DNA of 64,000 nucleotides. Source: Bacteroidota bacterium (lineage in GTDB: Bacteria; Bacteroidota; Bacteroidia; B-17B0; Aurantibacillaceae). Shown one piece after another: positions 19,030 to 29,361 of the stretch. Positions within the stretch are counted from its first letter, which is position 1. Every line of letters begins with the position of its first letter. A program made the position numbers and the translations under genes. The stretch is taken from assembly GCA_018267655.1 (NCBI GenBank), contig JAFDYB010000100.1, positions 7,999-71,998 on the forward strand, given 5' to 3'. The notes under the pieces were generated by a model that made no database searches, was not told the DNA's origin, and worked only from the letters and a program-made list of their open reading frames with translations.

Positions 19030-20025
19030 ATGAAAGTAAAAACCTTAGGGCAATTTATTATTGAAAAACAATCTGATTTTCCTTACGCTAAAGGCGAGTT
19101 ATCGCGTTTATTACGCGATATTGGAATTGCAGCAAAAATAGTTAATCGCGAAGTTAGTAAAGCCGGTTTAGTTGAAATACTTGGCGAAACAGGCGAAGTA
19201 AATGTTCAGGGCGAAGTGGTTAAAAAATTAGATATTTTTGCAAACGATCAGTTTATAGCAGCTTTTAAAGCAGGGGGCGAAGTATGCGCCATAGCTAGCG
19301 AGGAAAATGATGACATTATTCCTATTGATTCAGAAATTTCTAAAAATGCAAAATACGTTGTTGCTATTGACCCTCTTGATGGCTCATCTAATATAGATGT
19401 TAACGTTTCTGTAGGCACAATATTTTCTATTTATCGCCGAAAAAGTTCAAGTGGGCCGGGCACAAAAGAAGATTTTTTCCAACATGGAACTGATCAAGTA
19501 GCAGCGGGTTATATCATATACGGAAGTAGTTGCATGCTTGTATACACTACGGGTAAAGGCGTTAACGGTTTTACTCTCGACCCAAGTATTGGTGAATTTT
19601 GTCTTTCGCACCCTAATATGAGCACCCCCGAAAGTGGTAAAGTTTATTCAATTAACGAAGGAAATTACTTGCATTTTCCTGAAGGGATAAAGCATTATAT
19701 TAAGTATTGCCAAGAAGAGGATATGGCGAGCAATCGCCCCTACTCTAGCCGCTATATTGGAAGTGGCGTTGCCGATATTCATCGTAATTTAATTACAGGG
19801 GGAATTTATATTTATCCAACCACAACAAAATCTCCGAAAGGAAAATTAAGATTACTTTATGAATGTAACCCTTTAGCCTTTATTTTAGAACAAGCTGGCG
19901 GGATGGCAAGCAATGGAAACAAACGAATAATGGAAATCGAAATTAAAGAATTGCACCAACGTACACCCCTATTTATAGGGAGTTGTAAAATGGTTAAAAA
20001 ATCGCTTGAGTTTATGCAAAGCTAA
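19030..20025 (+). CDS. fbp: Fructose-1,6-bisphosphatase class 1
   Basis: 331 aa with [32 protein letters not shown] and [21 protein letters not shown] motifs. Confidence 0.9.
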   Translation: MKVKTLGQFIIEKQSDFPYAKGELSRLLRDIGIAAKIVNREVSKAGLVEILGETGEVNVQGEVVKKLDIFANDQFIAAFKAGGEVCAIASEENDDIIPIDSEISKNAKYVVAIDPLDGSSNIDVNVSVGTIFSIYRRKSSSGPGTKEDFFQHGTDQVAAGYIIYGSSCMLVYTTGKGVNGFTLDPSIGEFCLSHPNMSTPESGKVYSINEGNYLHFPEGIKHYIKYCQEEDMASNRPYSSRYIGSGVADIHRNLITGGIYIYPTTTKSPKGKLRLLYECNPLAFILEQAGGMASNGNKRIMEIEIKELHQRTPLFIGSCKMVKKSLEFMQS

Positions 20026-20356
20026 CGTTATGTTTTCACAAGCTTTTTTATTGACTTTAAATAAAATCAACGGATTTTGATTAAACAACATTTATCGAAA
20101 CTCTTTGTCAACAAGCTTTTCAGGCTTTTTAAGGAAAGATTATTTATAATGCAACTCTACTATTGTAGGAGGTACTAAATCAGGAAACTACACACTGTTT
20201 ATGTGAGGGTTGTGAAATTACAGCCAAGGCTCACAACCACTACCTTATAGGGATGCTATGCACGATAGTAAACTTTATTATTAAAATAGAAGAGAACATT
20301 ACAAATGCCTTGCGTTCAGAAATCAACTTTGCAGAAAAAAACAGTGCTAAATAGTT

Positions 20357-21655
20357 TTACAAACTCCAGTATTCAATATTTTTAATTTTTCCTTTATACA
20401 TTCCTTTTACATCAACTAAAACACCATTCTTTGACAGCAATGCTTTAAAATATTTTTCATCGAGTGATTTGTACTCTTTATGATTTACTGCTACTATAAT
20501 GCCATCGTAACCTTTTGTAAGTTTATTTAATCCAAAACCATATTCGTGTTTTAATTCATCGCTGTCGGCATGGGGATCAATAATTTCTACTTTAACACCA
20601 AATGAGCGTAATTCTTTGTATATATCAGCTACTTTGCTGTTTCTAATGTCGCTCACATCTTCTTTAAATGTTGCGCCCATAATTAATACGCGCGATTTAG
20701 ATATATTTTTGCCTAATGCACTTATTTTTTTTACAATATTTTTTGCAACATAATTTCCCATGCTGTCATTTACATATCGGCCACTGTTTATTACTTTTGC
20801 GTGATAACCTAAGCTTTCTGCTTTATACGTTAAATAGTACGGGTCAACGCCTATACAATGGCCGCCCACCAAACCGGGGAAAAATTTTAAAAAATTCCAT
20901 TTTGTACCGGCCGCAGCTAAAACATCGTAGGTATTAATACCCATTTTATTAAAAATTATTGAAAGCTCATTCATTAGTGCTATGTTTACATCGCGTTGTG
21001 TATTTTCAATAATTTTAGCGGCTTCTGCAACTTTAATTGACGATGCTTTGTGTGTACCTGGCTCAACTATTATTTCATACACCTTGCTTATTTGGTCTAA
21101 GCTTTCTGCATCACAACCACTTACTATTTTCAATATTTTAGTGATGGTATGTTCTTTGTCTCCTGGGTTTATCCGTTCAGGTGAATAACCCACTTTAAAA
21201 TCACTTTTAAACTTTAATTTGCTGTGTTGTTCTAAAACAGGTATGCAATCTTCTTCGGTACAGCCCGGGTAAACAGTTGATTCGTACACAACATAATCGC
21301 CTTTTTTTAAAGCCTTGCCAACACTAGTGCTAGCGCCTATTAATGGTTTTAAATCCGGAAAGTTATGCTCGTCAATTGGTGTAGGTACAGCTACAATAAA
21401 AAATTTAGCTTTTTTTAAATCTTCTATTTTATGTGTAAATGAAATATCGGAGTTTTCGAAATCTTTTTTACTAAGCTCGTTACTGGGATCGATACCTTTT
21501 TTCATCATTCCTACTCTTTTTTCATTTATGTCAAAGCCTATAACCTTTACTTTTTTAGCAAAAGCAAGTGCAATTGGTAAGCCAACGTAGCCAAGCCCTA
21601 TAACAGCTATTGACGTTTTTTTGTTTTTAATATCGTCGTAAATTTTCATGTCCAA
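20357..21655 (-). CDS. UDP-N-acetyl-D-glucosamine/mannosamine 6-dehydrogenase (WbpA/TviB-like)
   Basis: 432 aa with Rossmann motif IAVIGLGYVGLPIALAF, YSPERINPGD and catalytic-region GGHCIGVDPYYL. Confidence 0.85.
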   Translation of the reverse strand: MDMKIYDDIKNKKTSIAVIGLGYVGLPIALAFAKKVKVIGFDINEKRVGMMKKGIDPSNELSKKDFENSDISFTHKIEDLKKAKFFIVAVPTPIDEHNFPDLKPLIGASTSVGKALKKGDYVVYESTVYPGCTEEDCIPVLEQHSKLKFKSDFKVGYSPERINPGDKEHTITKILKIVSGCDAESLDQISKVYEIIVEPGTHKASSIKVAEAAKIIENTQRDVNIALMNELSIIFNKMGINTYDVLAAAGTKWNFLKFFPGLVGGHCIGVDPYYLTYKAESLGYHAKVINSGRYVNDSMGNYVAKNIVKKISALGKNISKSRVLIMGATFKEDVSDIRNSKVADIYKELRSFGVKVEIIDPHADSDELKHEYGFGLNKLTKGYDGIIVAVNHKEYKSLDEKYFKALLSKNGVLVDVKGMYKGKIKNIEYWSL

Positions 21656-22692
21656 TTATTTGTATGTTTTAAAACTTCTTTAGTACGCAGCGCGTATATT
21701 CGTTCAATAATATCTACTACTTTTAAACCCTCAAGGGCATTTGTTGTTATTTTATTTTTGCCGGACAGTGTATCTACAACATTGTCTATCATAAAGTGAT
21801 GATTGTTTGCAGATCCTTTATAGGCACCATAATCATTTGCAGGGCTTGTTTCTGCTAACTGCGGCATAGTATAACCTTTTATGTTACACACTTCAATTTG
21901 ATCCATATATTGCCCGCCAACTTTTAAGCTACCTTTGCTACCAATAACAGTTAAAGATGATTCGAGGTTTTTATCAAATACAGCTGTGCTATAATTTACA
22001 CATCCCATGCCGCCATTTACAAAATTAAAGTTAACAAAGCCGCTATCCTCAAAATCAGTTAGTTGTTCGTGATTAAAATCTGCGAATTTAGCTTGTATGT
22101 TAGTTATATCTCCAAAAATCCAATACATAATATCTATCCAATGGCTAAATTGAGTAAATAAAGTGCCCCCATCTAATTGCTGTGAGCCTTTCCAATTCCC
22201 TTTTTTATAGTACCTGTCATCTCGATTCCAGTAGCAATTGAGTTGTACCATATATACATCTCCAATTATTTTTTTTTCTACAACTTCTTTAAGCCAAACA
22301 CTTGGTGGCGAATAGCGATTTTGCATAACGCAAAACACCGTTTTATGGTGGTGAAGCGCTTCGTAAATTATTTTTTCACAATCAATACGTGATAAAGCCA
22401 TGGGTTTCTCAATTACAACATGTTTGCCACTTTGCAAAGCAGCTAAGGAATGTGTTGCATGTAACCCATTAGGTGTGCAAATATTTACCACTTCAATTTC
22501 AGGATGCTTATAAAGCAACTCATTTACCGAGGAGTAGAAATTTTCTTTTAAGTCATTAAGCCCTAGCTTTTCTTTTGGTTCAATATCGCAAACTGCTATT
22601 AACTCACAATTTTTATTTCGTCTAATCATCTCGGCATGACGCTTGCCAATGTGGCCTTGCCCAATTACTGCAAATTTTATTTTAGAATTCAT
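21646..22692 (-). CDS. Gfo/Idh/MocA oxidoreductase (WbpB-like)
   Basis: 348 aa with FAVIGQGHIGKRHAEM and HVVIEKPMAL motifs. Overlaps the dehydrogenase gene by 10 nt. Confidence 0.75.
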   Translation of the reverse strand: MNSKIKFAVIGQGHIGKRHAEMIRRNKNCELIAVCDIEPKEKLGLNDLKENFYSSVNELLYKHPEIEVVNICTPNGLHATHSLAALQSGKHVVIEKPMALSRIDCEKIIYEALHHHKTVFCVMQNRYSPPSVWLKEVVEKKIIGDVYMVQLNCYWNRDDRYYKKGNWKGSQQLDGGTLFTQFSHWIDIMYWIFGDITNIQAKFADFNHEQLTDFEDSGFVNFNFVNGGMGCVNYSTAVFDKNLESSLTVIGSKGSLKVGGQYMDQIEVCNIKGYTMPQLAETSPANDYGAYKGSANNHHFMIDNVVDTLSGKNKITTNALEGLKVVDIIERIYALRTKEVLKHTNNWT

Positions 22693-22703
22693 TTAATATT
22701 TTA

Positions 22704-23282
22704 TTAAATTTTAGAAACAATGCCACCTTCAAGCTTATATTTTTCTCCACTTTCCTTGCAAACTGCTATCCCTTCTTTGTTAAAGTTAAGTTTATGACCA
22801 TATTCGCTCATCCAGCCGCTTTGCTTGGCCGGATTTCCTATTACCAAAGCGTAATCGGGCACATGCTTTGTAACAACTGCACCCGCGCCAATAAATGCAA
22901 ATTTACCAATGTTATGACCGCATACTATTGTAGCATTAGCACCAATGCTAGCACCTTTGCCAACATGCGTTTTAGCATATTCACTTTTTCTGTTAACAGC
23001 GCTACGCGGATTAATAACATTTGTAAAAACCATACTTGGGCCAAGAAAAACGTCATCATCGCAGGTAACACCTGTGTATATTGATACATTATTCTGAATT
23101 TTTACATTTTTTCCTAAAACCACTTCGGGCGAAATAACAACATTTTGCCCCACATTACAGCGTTCGCCCAGTGTGCAATTGGGCATAATATGACTAAAAT
23201 GCCATATTTTAGTGCCATTGCCAATATTACAACCATCGTCAATAATTGCTGTTTGGTGAGCATAATAGCTTTTGTCTTCCAT
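22704..23282 (-). CDS. Left-handed beta-helix N-acetyltransferase (WbpD-like)
   Basis: Hexapeptide repeats throughout. I prefer the internal ATG ([16 protein letters not shown]) at 23282, because the 32 upstream codons are Cys/Lys-rich and atypical. Confidence 0.75.
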   Translation of the reverse strand: MEDKSYYAHQTAIIDDGCNIGNGTKIWHFSHIMPNCTLGERCNVGQNVVISPEVVLGKNVKIQNNVSIYTGVTCDDDVFLGPSMVFTNVINPRSAVNRKSEYAKTHVGKGASIGANATIVCGHNIGKFAFIGAGAVVTKHVPDYALVIGNPAKQSGWMSEYGHKLNFNKEGIAVCKESGEKYKLEGGIVSKI

Positions 23283-23383
23283 AAATTTTAAGCAACAAAA
23301 ATAGTAAATATTGTATTTTTTACAAGGCTTTAGATTAGAACAATTTATTTTAACTTTAGCCCTCAATTGTTGAAACAATATTA

Positions 23384-25954
23384 ATGGAAAAAATTAAACC
23401 TTATTTTGCACAAATTGCCGCTGTTGCAGTATTTATTATTATTACGCTATTTTTCTTTAAACCACAATTTGCCGGAAAGGTTTTAAAACAAGACGATATT
23501 ATGCGCCATAGGGGCATGAGTAAAGAAATTGTTGATTACCGAACACAAAAAGGAGAAGAGCCTTTATGGACAAATAGTATGTTTGGAGGGATGCCGGCGT
23601 ATCAAATTTCAACCATCTATTGGGGCAACTTTGTAGGAAAACTCGATAACGCATTTAAATTATTTATACCACTCCCGGCCGGATATTTATTTTTATATTT
23701 TTTAGGATTTTATATTTTACTGCTATGTTTAAACATTAATAAGTGGTTGTCGTTGATTGGTGCGGTGGCATACGGATTTAGTTCTTATTTTTTAATAATT
23801 TTAGAGGCCGGTCACAATTCAAAGGCCAATGCGTTGGGCTATTTACCGGCTTTAATTGGAGGAATTATTTTAATTTACAATAAGCGGTATTGGCTAGGCG
23901 CTTCAATTACAATGCTTTTTGGAGCAATGGAATTAAATTGCAATCACATTCAAATCACTTATTACGGCTATATTTTAATTACATTTATTATAGCCGGTTT
24001 TTTCATAAAAGCATTTAAAGAGAAAAACATTAAACCTTTTTTTGTTGCTTCGTTAATTGCCATAGGGTCAATATTAATTTCGGTATTGCCTAACGCCGGG
24101 AATTTACTAGCAACACAAGAGTACGGTAAGTACACTATACGCGGCACAACAGATTTAACTATTAATGCCCAACTTAAAAGCAATAAAGAAAACACAACAT
24201 CAGGGCTTGATAAAAACTATGCCACTCAGTGGAGTTATGGCATTGATGAAACATTTACATTTTTAATTCCTGATTACAAAGGCGGTGTAAGTAATGCCAT
24301 TGGAAACTTATATCCTGATGCCTTAAAAAAAGTTAATCCTGATTTTAAGGACAGTGTTGCACGCAACTATTCTTACTTTGGCACACAGCCTTTTACAAGC
24401 GGTCCTGTTTATATTGGCGCCATAATTATTTTTTTAGCTTTTTTAGGAATGTTTATTATAAAAAACAAGCTAAAATGGCCAATATTTTTTGCAACGCTAC
24501 TTACCATTGCACTAAGTTGGGGACATAATTTTATGGGTTTATCAGAATTCTTTTTATCTCATGTTCCACTGTATAATAAATTTAGAGCTGTGAGCATGCT
24601 GCTTGTTGTTGCTGAATTAACCTTACCCCTTCTTGCTATTATGGCACTTGATGAAATGTTAAAAAACAATAATTGGCTCGATAAAATAAATTTAAACAGT
24701 ATTAAAAAGCAAGTATCATTAAAAAAGCTTATTATTATTTCGTATGCCGTAGTAGGTGGCTTTTGTGCTGTATGCTACATTACTCCTGATTTATTTAATA
24801 GTTTTTCAAGCCCTTCTGAAACAAAAGAAATGATTGCAAATGCCATTCAACAAGGTAATGACGAAAAGCAAGTGAGAGAATATTTTAACCAACTAACACC
24901 TCAGGTTGAAATAGCACGCAAAGAAATTTTTAAAAGCGATTGCATGCGCTCATTTATTTTTATCACAATGGCCTTTGTGCTTCTGTTCTTATACTTTAAC
25001 AAGAAACTAAAAACCGAATTGTTTATAGCTAGTTTAGGTATTTTTATTTTAATTGATTTAATTACCGTTGATTATAGATATGTTAATTCTAAATCTTTCA
25101 TATCTAAAGAACAAAATGAACAAGGCTTAACAGAACTCAGCCCGGCTGACGAAGAAATACTTAAAGATAAAACGTTAGATTATAGGGTGCTTAACTTAAC
25201 TTCGAGCACTTTTAACGATGCATCTACATCATACTACCACAAATCGATTGGCGGTTATCACGGTGCAAAATTAAAACGCTATGCTGAACTTATCGATTTT
25301 CATATTGACAAAGAAATAAAGCGTTTTTATAAAAATGCACGCTATGGTTTACTTAGCGATAGTTCAAAAAAAGCAATGATGAGTGAGTTTGGAGTTTTAA
25401 ATATGCTTAATACCAGATATTTTATTATTCCCGGATTTAATGAACAAAATCAACCACAAGCACTTAAAAATGACGAGGCTAATGGCAATGCATGGTTTGT
25501 GAAGAATTTAAAATTTGTCAATTCTCCTGATAGCGAAATAACCGGATTGTACAATATTAACACAAAAACTCAAGCAATTGTAAACGAAAAATATAAAGCG
25601 GAAATTGGTTCAAATCAAAATTTTAGCGCTGAAGGATTTATAAAATTAAATAGTTACGAGCCTAATCATTTAACTTACCAAAGTGAAAGTTCAAAAGATG
25701 AGTTTGCTGTTTTTTCAGAAATATATTATGCTAAAGGCTGGAACGCATATATTGATGGAAAGCTAATGCCACATGTTAATGTAAACTACGTATTAAGAGG
25801 CATGCTTATTCCACAGGGCAAACATAGCATTGAATTTAAGTTTGAGCCGCAAGTATATAAAACAGGCAATACAATTGCTGCCGCTGGCTCTGCCATACTT
25901 TTAATATTAGTTGCTTTAGGATTTTATTTTGACAGAAAAAAATTGAAAGTTTAA
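23384..25954 (+). CDS. YfhO-like polytopic membrane protein
   Basis: 856 aa with many N-terminal TM helices, a large soluble domain and a final C-terminal TM. This architecture is typical of the YfhO family. It is divergent from the sugar-nucleotide genes. Confidence 0.6.
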   Translation: MEKIKPYFAQIAAVAVFIIITLFFFKPQFAGKVLKQDDIMRHRGMSKEIVDYRTQKGEEPLWTNSMFGGMPAYQISTIYWGNFVGKLDNAFKLFIPLPAGYLFLYFLGFYILLLCLNINKWLSLIGAVAYGFSSYFLIILEAGHNSKANALGYLPALIGGIILIYNKRYWLGASITMLFGAMELNCNHIQITYYGYILITFIIAGFFIKAFKEKNIKPFFVASLIAIGSILISVLPNAGNLLATQEYGKYTIRGTTDLTINAQLKSNKENTTSGLDKNYATQWSYGIDETFTFLIPDYKGGVSNAIGNLYPDALKKVNPDFKDSVARNYSYFGTQPFTSGPVYIGAIIIFLAFLGMFIIKNKLKWPIFFATLLTIALSWGHNFMGLSEFFLSHVPLYNKFRAVSMLLVVAELTLPLLAIMALDEMLKNNNWLDKINLNSIKKQVSLKKLIIISYAVVGGFCAVCYITPDLFNSFSSPSETKEMIANAIQQGNDEKQVREYFNQLTPQVEIARKEIFKSDCMRSFIFITMAFVLLFLYFNKKLKTELFIASLGIFILIDLITVDYRYVNSKSFISKEQNEQGLTELSPADEEILKDKTLDYRVLNLTSSTFNDASTSYYHKSIGGYHGAKLKRYAELIDFHIDKEIKRFYKNARYGLLSDSSKKAMMSEFGVLNMLNTRYFIIPGFNEQNQPQALKNDEANGNAWFVKNLKFVNSPDSEITGLYNINTKTQAIVNEKYKAEIGSNQNFSAEGFIKLNSYEPNHLTYQSESSKDEFAVFSEIYYAKGWNAYIDGKLMPHVNVNYVLRGMLIPQGKHSIEFKFEPQVYKTGNTIAAAGSAILLILVALGFYFDRKKLKV

Positions 25955-26031
25955 CAAATAAATTGCTACTCAAGAAAAAACTCAGCAACACTTGGCATAA
26001 TTTATTTTAACTCAAATTACACTATTAAAAT

Positions 26032-27114
26032 ATGAGCATTAATTTTTATCTTAGTTTGTTAATTAGTCTATTTTTAACACTCAACTCTTTTGCGCAAAAT
26101 AAAAACAAAACTGCCGAAAAAGATACTACTCCGCTTAGCGAAAGGCAATATAAAGATGCTTGTAAACTTATTGATTCGGCTAAATACAAAGACGCTTTAC
26201 CTTTATTAAAAAAAGCAGTTAAGGAAAAAAAAGATTTTTGGCAAGCTTTTAATAAAATGGCTCTTGTTAATTTAAAATTAGAAAAATACAAAGATGCTGA
26301 AAAAGATATAGATAAATCAAATCAAATAATGCCTGGTAATTATGAAACACAAAAATTAAAAGGTATGACTCAATTTTACTTAAATAATTTTAAAGAATGT
26401 AAAATCACTTTAGATACTGCATTGAGCATTATGCTTGCTCAAAAAATTGATGACGCTGAAATATATTACTACAGGGCTATGTTGATGTACAAAGGAAAAA
26501 GTAACAAAAATGCAATTGAGTCGTGCGAAAGTGCAATTGAGTTAAATCCAAAATACATAGATGCTTTTATTTTAAAAGCAGAAATTAGATTTTCAACAAA
26601 GGAGTATAATCATGCTCTAAAGGAATTAAACGATGCCATTAAGTTAATGAGTGATGGAAAAATAAGTTATCAAGCCTATAAATTAAGGGCTAAAACAAAA
26701 TTTGAATTAAAAGATTTTAAAGGCGCCGTTACTGATTGGTCGGTGTATATTGATGCAACACCTAATGATGAAGAAGCTTTAGTTAGCAGAGGTGCTGCAA
26801 GAATTAACAATAACGATAATACAAACGCTATTGTTGACCTTGATGAGGCCATAAAAATAAACAAGAAAAATCCTGTAGCTTATTGTTACAGAGGAGTTGC
26901 AAAAGCAGGTAATAAACAGTACCCAGATGCACTTAAAGACTTTGATACATCTATAAAATTAAAATTTGATTATGCCGCAGCTTACTTAAATAGAGCAGCC
27001 ACACGCATGGCAAGCAAAGACAAACAAGGTGCATGCGACGATTTAAATAAAGCCGACGGACTTGGTGATGAAATGGCAATGAAATTAATTGAAAAGTACT
27101 GCAAAGGAAGATAG
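26032..27114 (+). CDS. Secreted TPR-repeat protein
   Basis: 360 aa with a signal peptide ending NSFAQ and repeated 34-aa A/Y/L patterns (AEIYYYRAMLMY, AYCYRGVAKA, AYLNRAATRM). Confidence 0.75.
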   Translation: MSINFYLSLLISLFLTLNSFAQNKNKTAEKDTTPLSERQYKDACKLIDSAKYKDALPLLKKAVKEKKDFWQAFNKMALVNLKLEKYKDAEKDIDKSNQIMPGNYETQKLKGMTQFYLNNFKECKITLDTALSIMLAQKIDDAEIYYYRAMLMYKGKSNKNAIESCESAIELNPKYIDAFILKAEIRFSTKEYNHALKELNDAIKLMSDGKISYQAYKLRAKTKFELKDFKGAVTDWSVYIDATPNDEEALVSRGAARINNNDNTNAIVDLDEAIKINKKNPVAYCYRGVAKAGNKQYPDALKDFDTSIKLKFDYAAAYLNRAATRMASKDKQGACDDLNKADGLGDEMAMKLIEKYCKGR

Positions 27115-27186
27115 AAACAATTATTTTAAAAATTGTTATGTTGAAATTAACAAATCTAAATGTAAATTTGCAGTTTTTAATTTGTT

Positions 27187-28272
27187 GTGAATTTAATTAA
27201 AACAGAAGGCTTCAAAAATAACAAGCCTGTAATTATTTGGTTACTTAGCGGCTGCCTTTTAATTTATATTATGGTATTAGTTGGCGGACTAACCCGTTTA
27301 ACTCATTCGGGGCTTTCAATTACTGATTGGTCGTTTATGGGCTCTGTGCCGCCGGTAAATGAAAAAATGTGGGTAGAACGTTTTGAAAAGTATCAACAAA
27401 GTCCTGAGTTTAAAAAAATAAATTTTGAAATGACCTTAAATGAATTTAAGCCTATTTTTTGGTGGGAATACGTACACCGCATGATTGGCCGTACAATGAT
27501 GTACATATTTAGCATAGGGTTAATTTATTTATTAATAAAGCGAAAAATAAAAAAGCACATGTTGCCTTACTTAGGTTTATTGTTTTTTATGGGAGCTATG
27601 CAGGCCGTAATAGGCTGGTGGATGGTTTACAGCGGCTTACAAAAACAACCTGCGGTTAGTCACTACCGCTTAGCAACGCATTTAATGAGCGCCTTTATGT
27701 TATTTGCTTTTACGTTTTGGTTCGCACTTAAACTAATATTTGGTACGGATAAAAATGAATACACTTTTAGTTTAAAAAAAATTAAAATCGCAAGCGTTGT
27801 TTTCTTTATCTTTTTAATTCTACAAATTATTTATGGCGCTTTTACAGCCGGCTATGTAGAAGGTGATAATTCTAAAATCAGACCGGGTCATATCTTTAAC
27901 ACATGGCCAAAAATGGGTAACACTTGGATTCCGGAACAAGTGTATATGAAAAATAGTTTATTTGAAAACATATTATCAAACCCATCAGGCATACAATTTG
28001 TACACCGTACAATTGCAGTTATTTTAGTAATACTTTTCTGTTATATTTGGTTTACCTCCTCAAAAATGCAATTACCAAAAAAAATATACCAGGCAATTAC
28101 CTTACTTATTTATGCTCTTACTTTTCAATTCATACTTGGCGTTATGACATTAGTTTACGCAGTGCCTGTAATATTAGGCGCATTGCACCAAACAGGAGCC
28201 TTTGTGCTTTTTAGCACAGTTTTGTATTTATTATTTCAACTATTTAACACAAAAACTAACAAAATTGGATAA
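27187..28272 (+). CDS. ctaA: Heme A synthase (COX15/CtaA)
   Basis: 361 aa with a GTG start. Contains GGLTRLTHSGLSITDW and WWEYVHRMIGR, plus 8 TM helices with conserved His (HLMSAF, FVHRT, ALHQTGA). Confidence 0.8.
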   Translation: MNLIKTEGFKNNKPVIIWLLSGCLLIYIMVLVGGLTRLTHSGLSITDWSFMGSVPPVNEKMWVERFEKYQQSPEFKKINFEMTLNEFKPIFWWEYVHRMIGRTMMYIFSIGLIYLLIKRKIKKHMLPYLGLLFFMGAMQAVIGWWMVYSGLQKQPAVSHYRLATHLMSAFMLFAFTFWFALKLIFGTDKNEYTFSLKKIKIASVVFFIFLILQIIYGAFTAGYVEGDNSKIRPGHIFNTWPKMGNTWIPEQVYMKNSLFENILSNPSGIQFVHRTIAVILVILFCYIWFTSSKMQLPKKIYQAITLLIYALTFQFILGVMTLVYAVPVILGALHQTGAFVLFSTVLYLLFQLFNTKTNKIG

Positions 28273-28330
28273 CATAGAAAACGATAATCAATTTAATACT
28301 CATCAAAGTAGCATATACCCGCCAAAACCA

Positions 28331-29233
28331 ATGGTGGTAAACCAGCAAAAAAACTCAACTATGCGCTCGCTTATGAGTTTGTTATTATATGGTGTTATGT
28401 TTTATTTTTTATTTGAGCCAAACCCATCACTCATTGCCGCTTTGCTTTTAGTTATCATTATTCATGAATTAGGGCATTTTGCATTAATGAAAATCTTCAA
28501 CTACTCCAACGTAAAAATATTTTTCATTCCATTACTGGGCGCTTATACAAGCGGTAAAAAGCAACAAATATCACAAGCGCAACTTGCTGCAGTTATACTT
28601 GCCGGCCCTATACCTGGTATAATTATAGGCTTAATTTTATTTTACATGAACCAAAATCTGCAAAACGATATTGTAAAAATGCTTGCTAATATTTTTTTAT
28701 TTTTAAATTTATTTAATTTGCTTCCATTTATGCCTTTAGATGGCGGCAGACTGCTCGAAACGCTTTTTGTGCGAGAAAATTTTGTGCTTCGCATGGTTTT
28801 TGGAATAATTTCAATCATTTGCCTTTTAGCACTAAGCCTTCTTTCATTAAACTTTATTATGCTTATTATTCCGGCCTTTATTGCAATGGATTTATTTAAT
28901 GAATATAAAAATAACAAAATAAGAGAGTACTTAAAACAAGAAAAAATAAATTACTTTACCGATTATGAAAATTTACCCGATAAAGACTATTGGATTATTC
29001 GCGATTGCTTATTGTTTAGCAACCCCAAAAAATTTATTGGCATACAGCCCGGAAGGTATGATTACAGTATCATAGAACCTTTAATTATTCAGCAAGTAAC
29101 GTCAATATTAAAAATAAACGTGAAGTTAAATCTTAAACCAATTGCAGTAGTTGCCATAATTGTTTTTTATGCACTAAGTATTGCACTTCCTTTAGTGTAT
29201 GTATTATCAGTTGTTGAAAAACTATTTCCTTAA
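28331..29233 (+). CDS. M50/site-2-protease-family membrane metalloprotease
   Basis: HELGHF zinc motif and NLLPFMPLDGGRLL motif within TM helices. I prefer the ATG at 28331, because the ORF-track start at 28202 overlaps ctaA by 71 nt. Confidence 0.65.
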   Translation: MVVNQQKNSTMRSLMSLLLYGVMFYFLFEPNPSLIAALLLVIIIHELGHFALMKIFNYSNVKIFFIPLLGAYTSGKKQQISQAQLAAVILAGPIPGIIIGLILFYMNQNLQNDIVKMLANIFLFLNLFNLLPFMPLDGGRLLETLFVRENFVLRMVFGIISIICLLALSLLSLNFIMLIIPAFIAMDLFNEYKNNKIREYLKQEKINYFTDYENLPDKDYWIIRDCLLFSNPKKFIGIQPGRYDYSIIEPLIIQQVTSILKINVKLNLKPIAVVAIIVFYALSIALPLVYVLSVVEKLFP

Positions 29234-29361
29234 CGCCTATTTTTTTCGTTAAATACAAATAATAATAATTCTACTTCAATATTTTTTAAAATACTCTAAA
29301 GTGAGTATTTCAATTTTAGTTTAAGTAAAATAACTTTGCTTTCAATATTTTTATTAAAAGA

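Noticed and set aside
23283-23378. N-terminal 32 codons of the acetyltransferase ORF
   Set aside because: The stretch is Cys/Lys-rich and atypical, and it would leave only 5 nt to the divergent yfhO-like start. MEDKSYYAH matches the usual start of LbH acetyltransferases.
28202-28330. N-terminal 43 codons of the M50 protease ORF
   Set aside because: They overlap ctaA by 71 nt and encode no recognisable element. The internal ATG at 28331 precedes the first TM helix.
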